Source: Tubiluchus corallicola
Lineage: Eukaryota > Animalia > Priapulida
Assembly (NCBI GenBank): GCA_030141605.1
Contig: JAQGDQ010000135.1
Location: 186,001-250,000 of the forward strand
Length of the DNA stretch: 64,000 nucleotides
Direction of reading: 5' to 3'
The notes beneath the pieces were generated by a model. It ran no database searches and was not told the DNA's origin. It was given only the letters and a program-made list of their open reading frames with translations. This document shows, one piece after another, positions 1 through 44,007 of this stretch. Both the position numbers and the translations under genes were made by a program. How positions within the stretch are numbered: the stretch's first letter is position 1; every line of letters starts with the position of its first letter.

Positions 1-112
1 TTTTAATATAGAAAGATTTTAGCAGATAATCATAAAATCCCATCAAAGAGCTAATACTGTGAATCTACCCCATACGGGAAATATAAAGAATCTTTAAAAT
101 GAGCAAAGGTAC

Positions 113-2057
113 CTTTGATTTAACAGTGAAATCGTCACCTCCAACAGTTGCATTTTCGTTCAATTTGATGAAATATATGATAACATTTATGTTACCAATT
201 TTCTTCTTTGCCTTCGTTTGAATTGGCAAAATGCTGAAACAGAAACGCTACTATGAAAAAATAAGAAAATAAATAAAAATCACGTGTCATAATATTCGCA
301 GTTCCGCACTGCAATACTGGAAGACATTAATGTTGATTCATAGTGCTAATGCAATTGTTAGCAGTTGCCATTTTGAAATGCACGACAAGAGCCAGTAAAA
401 ACGAAATGTGCAAACAAAAATAAAGTTTGTTCAATAGCCATGAAAATCACATGTACTCAACATTCCTTGAAATGAGATTATTAAGTTTTTTGCCCAACTG
501 CTTGGATACATTGTTTAGAATGAATAGGATACATTTCATGAATATGTTATTTAGAATACAATTTAACATTGCCATAGAATCTGTTTTATTGTATAGATTT
601 AGAATACTAAGTTACTGTGTTTTGATGCTGCAATATAAAAACTGACTAAGAACTTATTACATAAACAACAACAAGAATGAGAAAGTGACTGGCTTAACAG
701 TGAAAAAGATCTATTTATAAGAATAATCCAGAAATGTGAAATGAAGCTCTTGGCACAAAGACCAAGTGGTGCGCCAAGAACAAACAGTGCAGTAGGAATG
801 TGACAAAGTGAACCTTGACTGGTACATTAAGACATCACAATGATGTAAAAATGACGTTTTGCTTTTTACGTCATTATTTTCCTACTATATAACTTCATAT
901 GACCACATTTATTACAGAGTTTGTACGGTGTAACATTGACATGCATGTAACATTTGTGAGCGCATTGTTTCTTTTGAGACACCCTATACAAATTACAATC
1001 TGTTTAATTTTCTACATACCAATTTAGTGAGCTAATTTTAGACAATCGACCAATGTCCTTTAGCTGCACATATCCCAAGAGCTTTCCAGAATCACCAAGC
1101 ACATCTAATGTCAAACTCCCCATATCTGTATTAAAAAGAACATTATAAACAACATTACTATAATAGTGAGCTTTAACGTTCAAGTCCTGGGCCCTGGTTA
1201 TACTATCAAAAGATATTTTTGCTTGTTTATAACTCGTAGGACAAATAGGACAACAAGTAGGATACTGCTAGCAGAGGAAAGTGTCCCACTTTGTACAAAG
1301 TTAGATAGCTATTTTGATGAATAATCATCGTTATCGCAATAATAAAAAAACTGACAATAGACATCGATTGCTCAGAGCAATAAACGACAATTCAAAAATA
1401 AAAACTCCAAACCACTAAGAAAATTCACCTTGCAAGTAGGAGGCAAACTGTCTTGGTGCTGATCTTACTGGATATAACACAGCTCTTTTGCCACTGCCAA
1501 TAGTGCGTTTACCATCACAAGAAAATGGGCTGCAATATACAAATGCACAGTTAATGTTCCGTCACTGAATCTACTTTACTTCAAACTAAACACAAATTTT
1601 ACTTACACATTCATACAGATTTAAAAGAATATTATTTCAGAGTATCTAAAAAATTTCATTCACTCCCATTGCTACCTCAAAGTCTATGAAATCTGTGTTA
1701 AATTCATGTTAACTACATCTATAAGTCGTGGTCAAAGGTCAAATGTCCCAATCCAGAAGAAATTTTTATATTCAAAACATTTTAGTCTTTTAGTTCTAAT
1801 TTAATTTAATTAGTTTAGTGACAATAGTTTCTACAAAGTATAACAAATTTAATCCAAGAGGCATAGAAATATATTTACCCCAATGTCACACCTGTTCCAG
1901 TTTCGCCCCACCACAAGCATCTCACGGTAAACTGGCCAGGTTGGCGGGCTAAAGTCATCCACTTTGTTGGGCCAATTTCCAACTTAAGATTACCATATAT
2001 TTCATCATGCACTTGTGGTGGCAGACTAGTTGTTGCATAAACAACACTTCCCCGCAT
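113..2057 (-). CDS. C2CD3: C2 domain-containing protein 3 (centriole/cilium), N-terminal coding exons; gene continues beyond the left edge
   Basis: Exons 2057-1879, 1529-1429, 1125-1020 and 233-113 have GT-AG boundaries and compatible phases. They splice to MRGSVVYATTSLPPQVH...VRCLWWGETG...YPVRSAPRQFASYLQDMGSLTLDV...KKIGNINV, matching the recalled C2CD3 N-terminal C2 motifs TSLPP, VRWWGE and GPKQFTSYLTDM. Confidence 0.88.
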
Positions 2058-2899
2058 TGTAATTGTGGGTCTAAACTAGCTTTTTATCATTGTCTACAAA
2101 TGGAAAAAAGTTTAACTATAAAAAATAAACAGCACTTTCAGAAATTACAATTTAGCTAATATTGCAGTAATAAAGATGTGATACTGGATTTATTGACATG
2201 AGTTTACCAGGCTGAATGCAAAACAACAGTAATTGAAACACTGAACATTATGGTCCTGAACAATTGTGCAAATGTCTAAGCAATTAAATGCTTATTAACA
2301 TATCTACACTGCAAATCCTGTAAAACATTTTGTCTGTGATCTTGTTGGTCAGTAAAAATATGTAATTCTGAATTTGAAGACTGCTGAAAAATGATGTAAT
2401 AGAAGTCAAAGGCAAAATGTTTTTGTTTAAAGGAAAATCGGATTCCATCTTAAACTATAGATCAAAACAATCTACCCTATACAGTGTAGTTTGAATTTAT
2501 GTTGACGTTTTCGTACGTATTTGAAATAGGTGATAGGTGGTTTGTGCCATTAAAGCCCTATTACAGCAGGCACAGCGAGATTTTGTGACGCTTTCCAAGT
2601 TTTGAATAATGGAGAAGAAACTAGTCACTGTTTACCTGCATTTTGAGCATTCTAAGACAACTAGGTTACACATTCAACAATTTTGATTATTCTAGTTTCT
2701 AATTTATCACTTGACATTCAATAGTTATTCTAGGGTTATTTCATGATGCACATCTGTCGTTAGTTAACTGTAGTTCCTTATTTAATTTAGTGTGGCATCT
2801 AAATACACTTTCTTCACAAAATATTTTCAAAACTATCATTTGTATTATCACTATCAGTATAATGTGTGTTTGTCAAGTTAATAAAGATTGTTATATTAA

Positions 2900-3330
2900 C
2901 TAGTTACTAGTAAAATAGCTTAACGTACCAAGAAACGTTAAAGTAATTGCGGCTTGTAATTAACAGCCAAGCTCCAGTACTATAAAAATTTTATTTTATA
3001 AATTATCATTATTTTTATTTATACAAATTTTAGTCTACGTTTCAGTGACGGAAATAAATTTCACATGTCGATGACTTTCGACAATTCCGTCTAAATGTTT
3101 TCCTACTAAGTTTACAGCTATCAAGTTATGAACTCATTCGAAAAAATAGTAAAAAAATGCTGAAAGTCAACATTTTTTATAAAATTTTAAATTGCTAACA
3201 CAAACCGCTCCAAATGATTAGTGATCAACCTTAAAGATTGATTTCCCTTCTTCGCGACGATCCATCGAACGAAGACCCAATTTGTACGAGCCGAAGATTG
3301 CTTCTCTTTCTTATTAGTGTGTTCGGTAAA
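2900..3330. promoter_or_regulatory. Probable bidirectional promoter region between C2CD3 and the ASB gene
   Basis: The two genes diverge and both start codons are preceded by splice acceptors (2093, 4521/4547), so non-coding first exons lie between them. CpG is locally enriched at ~3030-3330. Candidate donors are at 2928 (minus, TG|GTACGT) and 3326 (plus, CG|GTAAAT). Confidence 0.45.
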
Positions 3331-3845
3331 TTTCAGGGTTTGTAGTGTTTGAGTCGAATTTTGTGTTTTTTAACCCTTGCATTATAAAATGAATCAACCA
3401 AAAACAAAAACTGTCATTTTAGCGGAACTTCAGTGCTAGCTGTTTTGATTAGGTTATTCTACTTGTGCAGTGAAAACATAAAATTTGTCAGTGCACAATT
3501 AGTGGACTAAGAATAATACTCAACATGCATTATTATCAGAATTAAATCACACAAAGAAGCTTGAAATAAAAAATGTACATGAAACGTACAATAAAAAGGC
3601 ATCACATCGTATCTCTTCAGTAATAAGTAGCCGATGATGAACACATGATTAATCTTCATTTTAACTTTATTCTGCTCTTTGGACATCAAGCCTTCAGAAA
3701 AGTCTTGGCTTATATAGTACTTTTATGTTGATCTAACTTTCAAGTGCTTGCCTTAATTTGGTACTATAAATGGGAGTATGGTAGCAAAGTATAACAAGTA
3801 AGATGGAGTATAAATTTAGTCTATAAATGAGTCTTAAAAGTCAGA

Positions 3846-3940
3846 GTAAGCCTAATGTGGTATGATTATTAGTATAACTGCCCAGAAAGCCAAATGTCTT
3901 GGGTTCGAGTACCAGAAGTGGTGCAAAATTTTTCAGACTC
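3846..3940 (+). mobile_element. Decayed tRNA-derived SINE head
   Basis: A-box-like AGCCTAATGTGGTA and B-box GGTTCGAGTACC; no intact cloverleaf. Confidence 0.4.
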
Positions 3941-4553
3941 CTATTTAGTATTGTGTTCATGCATTTGCCTGATCTTAACTGTGACCGAAGCCGATTTATC
4001 ATTAATGATCTATGATTTAGTTTTCCCCATACATAGAACTGGGATAGTTTCTTGTGAATTTTTACTGAGAGTCCAAAACTTTGTCAAATTTTTCGGTTGG
4101 TTGGTACCATTCATGCCATCCGTCAATGTTTTTCTGCATTTTGTCACTTAGATAAAGAAATGTCATTGAGATCGGACAATCAGTAACAAATTCACCATTC
4201 TAGTATTGTTTTATTGGTGTTTAAATGTGAGCAAATCTTACAGAAATTATTATAAATATGCATACTATGCTACAGACCAGTGGTTTCATGGAAATGAAAG
4301 GTTTATTATATGATTAAACAGTTTGAAGTATCGTCTTTCACTCACTGAATGAGTTGAATTCCGACTGGTTTGTATCTCCAAGTCAACCAAATTTAAAGAA
4401 TTTGTAAAAATGACCCACATGGGTATTCATTGCCACTTGTACTGAATGATATGTATATAGGTGCAAAATTTTTCAGATTTTCTAAATTGTGCATTTATTT
4501 GATTGATTATTGCTGTTTTAGCTTGCCTGGGTGAACATGCTTTTCAGTACGCC

Positions 4554-7500
4554 ATGTATCGATGGGTAAAAATGACACATGCACTTGGCAGAGGTGAAGA
4601 TGGTGATGAAGAAGAACCAGTCTGGCAGTGGACTGGTCCAATACATGACAGTGACCCACTGCTTCATCAGGCTTCGTACTTGGGAGATGTGAATAAAGTT
4701 CAAGAATTGCTTCAAGACAGCGAATGTGGAAAAATGATCAATACTAAGAATAGATTAGGCTGCACACCACTACGACTGGCTGCAACAGGCACGTATTCTC
4801 ATGTCATCTGTGGTGGAGAAAGATGCGTACATTTTATAACTTGTTTGCTCTCAACTGTTGTATTTCATAAGAAGTTGTCACATAAATTTGCCAACTTAGT
4901 AGGATTCTAATCTTACTATATTAATGTGCGAGGATAATTTTTACCAAATTGTGCATTGCAACTCCTGATTAAGTTAAAATGATGGTGCCTGAAATTAGTT
5001 TTTTACAACTAAGAGAACATTGATTGTTGTTTGAGTTGATTGTCACACTCCCTAGCTAGTTGGCCGTACGAGTACTTTGTATTTTTTAATCACTGCTAAG
5101 ATCATGTACTTCATTTTGTAGCTGGACATCTCGCCTGCGTTGCAGTTCTTATCGAAGCCGGTGCCGAGGTAAACATACCTGATGTAAAGTCACAAACTCC
5201 GCTTTATGTAGCTGTGAAAAATCATCACTTGGAATGTTTGAAGCATCTGTTGGATAGTAGAGCAAATCCTAATGGTGATGCAAATTGCTTGTGTACACCG
5301 CTGTATATTGCTTCAATGGATGGATATATAGATGGCGTGAAGGTAAGGCTTCTTTTATTTTTTCTACATACCAGTTGTGCAACACCATATTTGTGGCATT
5401 ATTGATTTGCTGACATTAATTTAAATGAATGTCATTTGGAGTCAGGTTTCGAGGAGTCGATAAATATCCGACTGCGACTGAGCTCAAACAATGTGTTATA
5501 AAACAATGTTGCATTATTACTGATGCAACTGAAACTGAAGCAATGAACTTTTTCTTCAAGTAATGGAAACTACTTTCAGTTAATTAAATACTCCTGTCTT
5601 GAGGATCAGCTCCCACTAACTTATTCAGCCTTACTTAAGGATTCTCATATAAAATCTATTGGAACTGAATGAGCCAAGTTAGTAACATGTCTTAAAGTCA
5701 GGAGTCAGTGTTAGAAATGGAGTTGGGTTTGGAGTCAGAGTCAATAGGCTTTCCGGACTGACTCTAAAATCCTTATGTTATAGTTTTGGATTATATTTTT
5801 GCATTATGCCTCAACAAACTTTATTTAAAATCTGCTTTAAATTCAAGAGACAACTCAAGCCTTCCATGAGGCTTTATCACCGGCTGTAAATAACAGACTA
5901 GAACAACATATCAGAGATTAATACCCCACTTCTAAATACCATATCCCAAGGCAGGGCAACAATAAGTACCATTTTTAAAGTCTTTTGTATGATCTGGCTG
6001 CAATATCGAACTAACGATCTCCCAGACAGAAAGCAGATGCATTACCATTAGACTAAACCAGCTCAGTAGCTATCACTTCAGTATCTATACTTTTTAAATT
6101 AATTTCAGTTTTATCATCAGCTGTTGGCTGTCGTAATTCTGCAAATTTTAGTTATTAGTATTATACTTCTATTGCTTTCCATTACTTATAAATTAGCATC
6201 AATCAAGCAAACTTTTGCTTTTGATCTTTTTAGGAATTGGTCAGACACGGTGCTGATCTGGACACATCTCAAATACATGTAGGGTCATTTATCAGTACTC
6301 CACTTTATATCAGTATTGCATACCAACGCTTAGACTGTTTCAAAGCTCTATTACAGGTGTGTACATGCTATTTGTTTTTGCCGAAGCTGCATCAGCACTA
6401 TTCGTGCATTAAGTCATTTGCAAAATGCAGCAGTTACAAGTGTACAGTTTGTTTGACAGCTAATTAGTTAATGAAGAAAAGCACTGAAAAGTAGTGAGCC
6501 AGTTGGCACTTGATGTTTCGACATAATCTTTTCGTTGGGCTATAAACCCATACTGCACAGTGAATCTGAAATTCCATTCTTAAAGTATTAAATTTTGGCT
6601 TTTCAAGTTAAGAACTATTGCTGAGATGTGGTTATTTAATTTGATTAAACTAGTTTACCTTGCATTCTTTACAGCATGTAATTGTGACTAGTGTTTCTGG
6701 TGTAATCTTGGCCAGCATTTACTTGTACTGATATTTGCTGAATAAAATTGAATGCAGAATGAGTAGTAATGTATTTTATTGACAAACATTATTTTTTGTT
6801 GAGTATTAGCTTTCTCATCTAAGTTATCTTATTAAAAAAAACTAGTACATGCCTATACATTTATCTTTATCAGTTTGGGTAAATTAGTCGCTTCTCATCT
6901 TGCGCTTACAGGTTAATCGAATTACCTGTCAGCCTCTGCCGAGTTCAGTACTTGTTCTAGGCTGTCACTTGCCATATGTATCCTGGTTGTTTACTTTGCA
7001 GAAGGAGGACGTATATACATCCAAATGTGACGGATACACCTCTGACATTTTAGTGGTTCATCTTACAGTTTTGGCTTTGATAATGAGCTAGGCTGAGGTC
7101 ACACTGCAAGTGTGTTGTTGAGGAAGCCCTACCTGCGGGCTGGATTTTGCCTTGCAATCTGCCAAAACGAATTAGAAAGTCATTTCCTTTACTGGATTTC
7201 TTACTGGGGTGTATGTATTTGTAGGTGTAAGATTGTACAGCCTTATAAATGTTACATTTTTTCAGGCTGGTGCCGATCCCGATTATGGTTGCGAAATTGC
7301 GATCATGTGTAAGCGGCACTTGCCAAATTGTCAGTCGCTATTCCATGCCGTTGTACTGAAATCCTGCAGCTGGCAGTTTGCTGAATTGTTGAGAAATTTC
7401 GGTGCCAATCTGTGGATTCGTGACGATAAGGGAAGATTGGCGGTTGATTTACCGGAAGAAAATTCTGAGTGCAAGAAGTATCTGTTAGGTGTCATAGGTC

Positions 7501-8223
7501 TGTATTGAATGCAATTATTAATGTAATTAAATTGTATTTTTATTGGACTAGTCAGGTACTTGTTCTGCACAGCTTAAAGTATCTAATAATCTGAAAATTA
7601 AGATATTCCCAAGCAAAAGTTTATTTTTTTTTATCTTAGCTTGCATGAACTATCACTTTGCACTTATTGATAGTTCTGTTGTTTCCTTTGACAGCATTGA
7701 TGTCAAATACTCACTTTTAATAAGTTATGCTTAACTTGAAATGGACTGCTAAATTGTGATTAGCTTCCATAAGATATTTAAGACAGCACTGCATAGGGGC
7801 CACTGCCAGTGACAAATAAAGAAATTGCTAAATGTGCCAAAAATTTTACAAAATGTTGCACATTGCCATTGATATTACTTGAATCGTAAATCGAAAAATA
7901 TATTTTCACTTTAATATGTGCTTTTATGATCTTTCAAAAGAAAAAAACAGAAAAAGAATGTTTACAGACAAAAGCTTGCAGATGATAAACTTACTGTTTC
8001 TGTTGGTCGTCAGTTGTACTAGTATGTACTGATAATGTGTATTGTGTGTCTTAATTTCCAAGTTGATATAGAGAATGTTGCATGTATTTCAGGACAACCA
8101 CTTTGTCTTACATATCAATGCCGGATACAACTTCGCAGGTATCTGGGGCGAACACAACTGTCTGTGTTACAAAACATCGCCTTGCCAAAGAAAATAGTGG
8201 ACTTTTTAGGATATAACGATTAA
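4554..8223 (+). CDS. ASB1: Ankyrin repeat and SOCS box protein, ASB1/ASB12-like (Cullin5-Elongin BC substrate receptor)
   Basis: Exons 4554-4788, 5122-5342, 6234-6356, 7266-7497 and 8093-8223. Ankyrin repeats include LHQASYLGD, TPLRLAATAGHLACV, DVKSQTPLYVAV, TPLYIAS, PLYISIAYQRLDCFKALLQAGADPDYGC. The C-terminal SOCS box reads QPLCLTYQCRIQLRRYLG...LPKKIVDFL. The recalled vertebrate ASB1 motif is TPLRIAATAGH. Confidence 0.88.
5436..5775. mobile_element. Decayed non-autonomous DNA transposon with GGAGTC/GACTC subterminal repeats (hAT-like)
   Basis: Clustered GGAGTCAG/GGAGTCG/CCGACT motifs at both ends, inside ASB intron 2. Confidence 0.35.
5880..6064 (-). mobile_element. tRNA-derived SINE with Meta-like central domain
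   Basis: Reverse complement reads TAGTCTAATGGTAA...GTTCGATA...GATCATACAAAAGACTTTAAAAATGGTACTTATTGTTGCCCTGCCTTGG. Homologous to the copies at 18.2 kb and 26.8 kb. Confidence 0.7.
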
Positions 8224-8454
8224 GTGGTCGTTACTGGTGTCTATTGTTTTTGACAGTTTTTACTTGTTGATGCTATTTACAATTATATGCAGATATTTAT
8301 TGGATATTGTTTAATTAATTATGATGTGATTGTCAATCTCATTGATGTGCTGGCAAAAAATAGTTTAGAGTTCCCCAAAACCTTTATTTGAAGAGTCCTT
8401 AGCACAGCATATTAGTGTCTTTATCAGGGAATTAAAATGGATTAAGATTGATTA

Positions 8455-8879
8455 CACTCATATCTCGGTTTGCCGGACAAAAGTGGGGAGACGTCATTCC
8501 AAATTTGCCGTATTGTCCGTATTTTCCAATACTAAACTAATACAGTAGGCCCTGCATGTTAGACTCATGGTAATGTAGAATCAGTCGCCTAATTATCTCA
8601 AAAACATCTAGTAGGGCCATTCCTATGCAAAAGTATATAAAAACTGTAGGCAATTGACTCAATTAACTCCACATAATTGATTCTATCTTTTTATAATAGA
8701 GACATATATGTGGTTACACTTATGTACGTGATGTAAATAAAATGACAACCTGCCAACTAGCAGCCAATTCGCGAAATAATGGACTGTGTCCGTATTATGC
8801 GGGACTTTTAATGGACCAGATTTTGTCCAAATTTTCCGATATCCATGAAAGCGAGATCCGGCAAACCGAGATATGAGTG
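8455..8879. mobile_element. Tc1/mariner-type MITE
   Basis: Perfect 27-bp inverted repeat ATTACACTCATATCTCGGTTTGCCGGA (8451-8477 / 8857-8883), consistent with TA|CACTC...GAGTG|TA. Confidence 0.8.
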
Positions 8880-9667
8880 TAATTTTAGGTCCCCGATAAA
8901 GATATTAATATTCTGAAATGCATTTGACTCGTCGAAAAAAGAAACTCATTAAACTCTTCAAATAAAGCATTTGATGTCTTTTAAGTTATGATGTGGCTGC
9001 TATCTGAAATAATTATAATTCTTAGACTGGGGAATTTAAAGTAGCTCAGCGTCTGGAATTGAACTCACAGCCTTTACTTCAGTTATTCCACTGGACTAAT
9101 ACTAGTCACGAGTTCTGGTTGCTGGTTTTTTGAATCTCCAACATTAAAATTAGTGCTACGGCAGATTAATAGTCTAAAATATATTAGACTTATTGCTATG
9201 TATTTTTTTTGTATTTTGTGGAGTTTCCATTTTTACAGATTCTTAATGTTTTTTTGTAATTACATAAGTTCAATGTTATACTATTGTGAAGTGCAGTTGA
9301 GAAAAATGCTGATTTTATTTGCTCATGGAAAAAGGCTTTAGACAGCAGTTTAACTTTAAGCTGTACTTGTGAGTGTGAACGTGGCGTGTCTTATATTATA
9401 CTAGCTGGGTGTTCACTTAAGTTCAACGTTTGAATGCAGAATTTTATCACTGTATGTTACTATAGAAATTTGAGTGTGCTTAGCACTACTGTTTATTAAA
9501 AGTTTTTTCTTATTTGTTTGTACTGTGATTGAGATGAATTAATAAGTTATGACTTTTGAATAGTAATAAAGTGTAATGCAGTGCCTGTTGTAGCTCTTTT
9601 AGTTGTCTGTGCCAGCCATGTTGGCTATTTAAAATTAGTTAGGAGCTCTTTTTAAATTGCACGCACA

Positions 9668-10557
9668 CAGGGCCAGCTCTAGGAAATCTGACGCCCCAGG
9701 CAGTATTTTTAGTACCCCCTCCTCAACGGTCAATCCCTTTCCTCAAAGTCCCAACCATAGCCTCAAAATTGAATTTTTTGTATAATATTATAATAAAATA
9801 TAACAGTACCTGTGGGTTTGTGTTAGGCGTACACATGCATTATACTTCACCAATTAAGTGTGTGTACCTATAAGTAGTTAGTGTTGATCGAATTTGAAAT
9901 TGAATTTATGACCCCATTGTGCATCCTGGGTTTTCAGGTGCAATCTTATCGTTGCAATTTCTGCTGCTTTTGGCTAGATTTTACCCTCAATTTTTTTCAT
10001 CAGAATTTTTTGAAACCCTGGTCATTTTTTCCACATATACGCCAATTTCACTAAGTTGATCACCTTCATAACTCTGGTCTGGTTGCATATACTTGATTGG
10101 AGATATTTTATGTTATTATTATTACATAGAATTTATGTAGCACCCCAAATATATAAAAGTACCCAGTTGCGCTTTACAACCAAAGATCTCATAAAGACTA
10201 AAATAAATCATAAATTTATAAAACGGCAGTGGAGCGGCAAGGGAAAAGGGATTGATGTTGCCATTAATTTTACTTGTGTGTGCTGTGTATATTTATATTA
10301 TTTTTGCATTATGATTTGAATGTGAAAGGATATACACGTGTGTTCTCTAATAATAATTTCTTTTAATTACCAGTTTAATATTAGAAATATTGTTTCATTT
10401 AATTAATGTGTGTACTTAAGCAGGAATTGCACATACATTATGTTATTAGGTATTCTAAAGTTAAAAATTAAAGAATTACTACCAGGATTTCGCACCCCCA
10501 AAGTAATTTGGCACCCTAGGCAACTGCCTAGTTTGCGTAGTGGTAGAGCCGGCCGTG
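9668..10557 (+). mobile_element. Non-autonomous hAT-type element, full length
   Basis: Termini CAGGGCCAGCTCTA ... TAGAGCCGGCCGTG. The 8-bp flanks CACGCACA / CATGCACA match at 7 of 8 positions, consistent with a TSD. Partial copies lie at 23692 and 50651. Confidence 0.8.
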
Positions 10558-12598
10558 CATGCACATGCAGTATTAACTTGTTATTGAACAGAAAAATAGT
10601 CATACATTACCGGTTTAATATTGAGGTCGAGAAAAAGAATTTCCTGCAATTTAAAGTGCAAAGCTAGTGTACAGTATTTACTAATTGCTATAATGTGTTT
10701 TCTGGTCTAAAAAATTGTGTTATGTCAGGAATAATTACTGTTTAATGTATATAAAGTGATGAAGACTGTTAAAATTAATGGTCTATTTTGTTGCTTTTGT
10801 AACGGTGTCATCAATTTTATCTATGCGCATGTATAATTAAATTATTTTTGTATTATGATTTGTATGTGGAAGACTTTTTACATGTGTGTGCCCTAATACA
10901 TTTAATAATTTTTTTTAATTACCAGCTTAATTTCAAAAAACTATGAAAATTAATGTATAATAACAAAATATAATTGTTTTGATTTTTAACTGTTTTATGT
11001 TGCATTGAGTTTTGTCAATCCATGTAAATCACATCAAAACAGAAATCAACTGAATCATTTCAATCTGTTGAAATCAGATTCAAAATCTAAATTAGATGTA
11101 TTTACAGTACAGTACAGTAATACGTATTATTATTAATGATAATAATTTAATAATAATATTTATGTTTATGCATATAACAACAGAGGTAAATACTATATTG
11201 CGTATTTACAACTATACACAATTTTTTGCTTATAACGTCTAGCACTGCATATCTATTTTCTGCAGTTAATATAAAAAAGCAAAACAACATGACGTTTTGC
11301 CCACTAAAATAGGTGTACCTAACACCGGTTAAATAATAACTGGTGAACAATAATATAGGGCTTAATAAATAAGGCCTAAAATACTTGTTAAACAATAACA
11401 GACGTATGAGATACAGGATTCAGAATAGTAATAATATTAATGCTTGATGTTAGGTATTTATTACGTAAAATACTTGCTAGTACATAGTGCTTAATTGTTT
11501 ATAGGAATTTCTCATTGAAACTGCTGGAATAGAATAGCTATACAACAATAGTGGATACAGAGAAATATACTAAAATGGGCAGAAAATCAATATTTTTCTC
11601 TATTGTAAGGCGAGTCTGCTAACCGCTAGAGGCTAGGCCATACTTTAGACTTTCAAAGTAACTTAATTATATTTGAAAGCTGACTGTCATTATTGTTTTT
11701 TGGCTACTGAATTTGCTAGATGCAATTAAACTTCAAGCATGAGCCCATAATGAAGCGAGTAATATACAATTTTTGTAAGCTAAAACTGATATAAAACAGC
11801 AAAAAATCAAAATAGTTCACTCATAATAGCAAAACAGAAGCAATGGTTGCGAAGCCTTCTACACAAGACTAAGCGTTTCTATTTCTACACCTTTCATTTT
11901 TCAAGTGACACTATAATAAGTAAGACTTTAATCATTTTACTTTTACACTAATAATTAACCAATGTTTTTAGAGAGACGTTACGCTTAGAATAGTTAGCAT
12001 AACAGCCAATTAAATGAAGGAGGCGCTGAGTCAACCAGCGTTTGAAACTTTTGGTTTTGTAGCTCACACACATGCTGCATACAATGAAATTATTAACGCT
12101 TTCACCCAAAATAGAGCAGATACTCTTTTAGCACTTTCGACATGTCCGAACTATATTTCATCTCTTTGTAGTTTAGTCAAGCAATTAGAAAAGAATAATA
12201 ACGCCCAAAAAATGCCTAATTGTAAAACTAATGGCTAGATGAACAATAAGTATAGCTTTAATTATTAGTAACAATAACTAGAGTTCTGCTGAGCTACCAT
12301 AATAATAGCCTAATGTAAATTTCTAAAGGCAGTAAAGGTATTAAAGTTCTCCTGCAAGTAATACAAATGTACCCTAGCTGTATCTAATCTCTGCATTTTT
12401 TCTATGACAAAGAAACAGAGAAACCTAGCAGAGAAAATTTATCCTACAGAGAAATCAGACTCGCCACAAAAAGAAATTAATAGCACTGCTTCTGCATTTT
12501 TACATTGCAAAATGAAATACATAGTATTATTAATGATGTACTAGATCCATCGTTCAAAAAGGTCCTCATTAAAAGCAAACCAACTTTTTCACGATTGT

Positions 12599-44007
<31,409 letters not shown>

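Noticed and set aside
2897-2914. RFX X-box-like GTTACTAGTAAA near C2CD3
   Set aside because: Imperfect match in very AT-rich sequence; could be chance.
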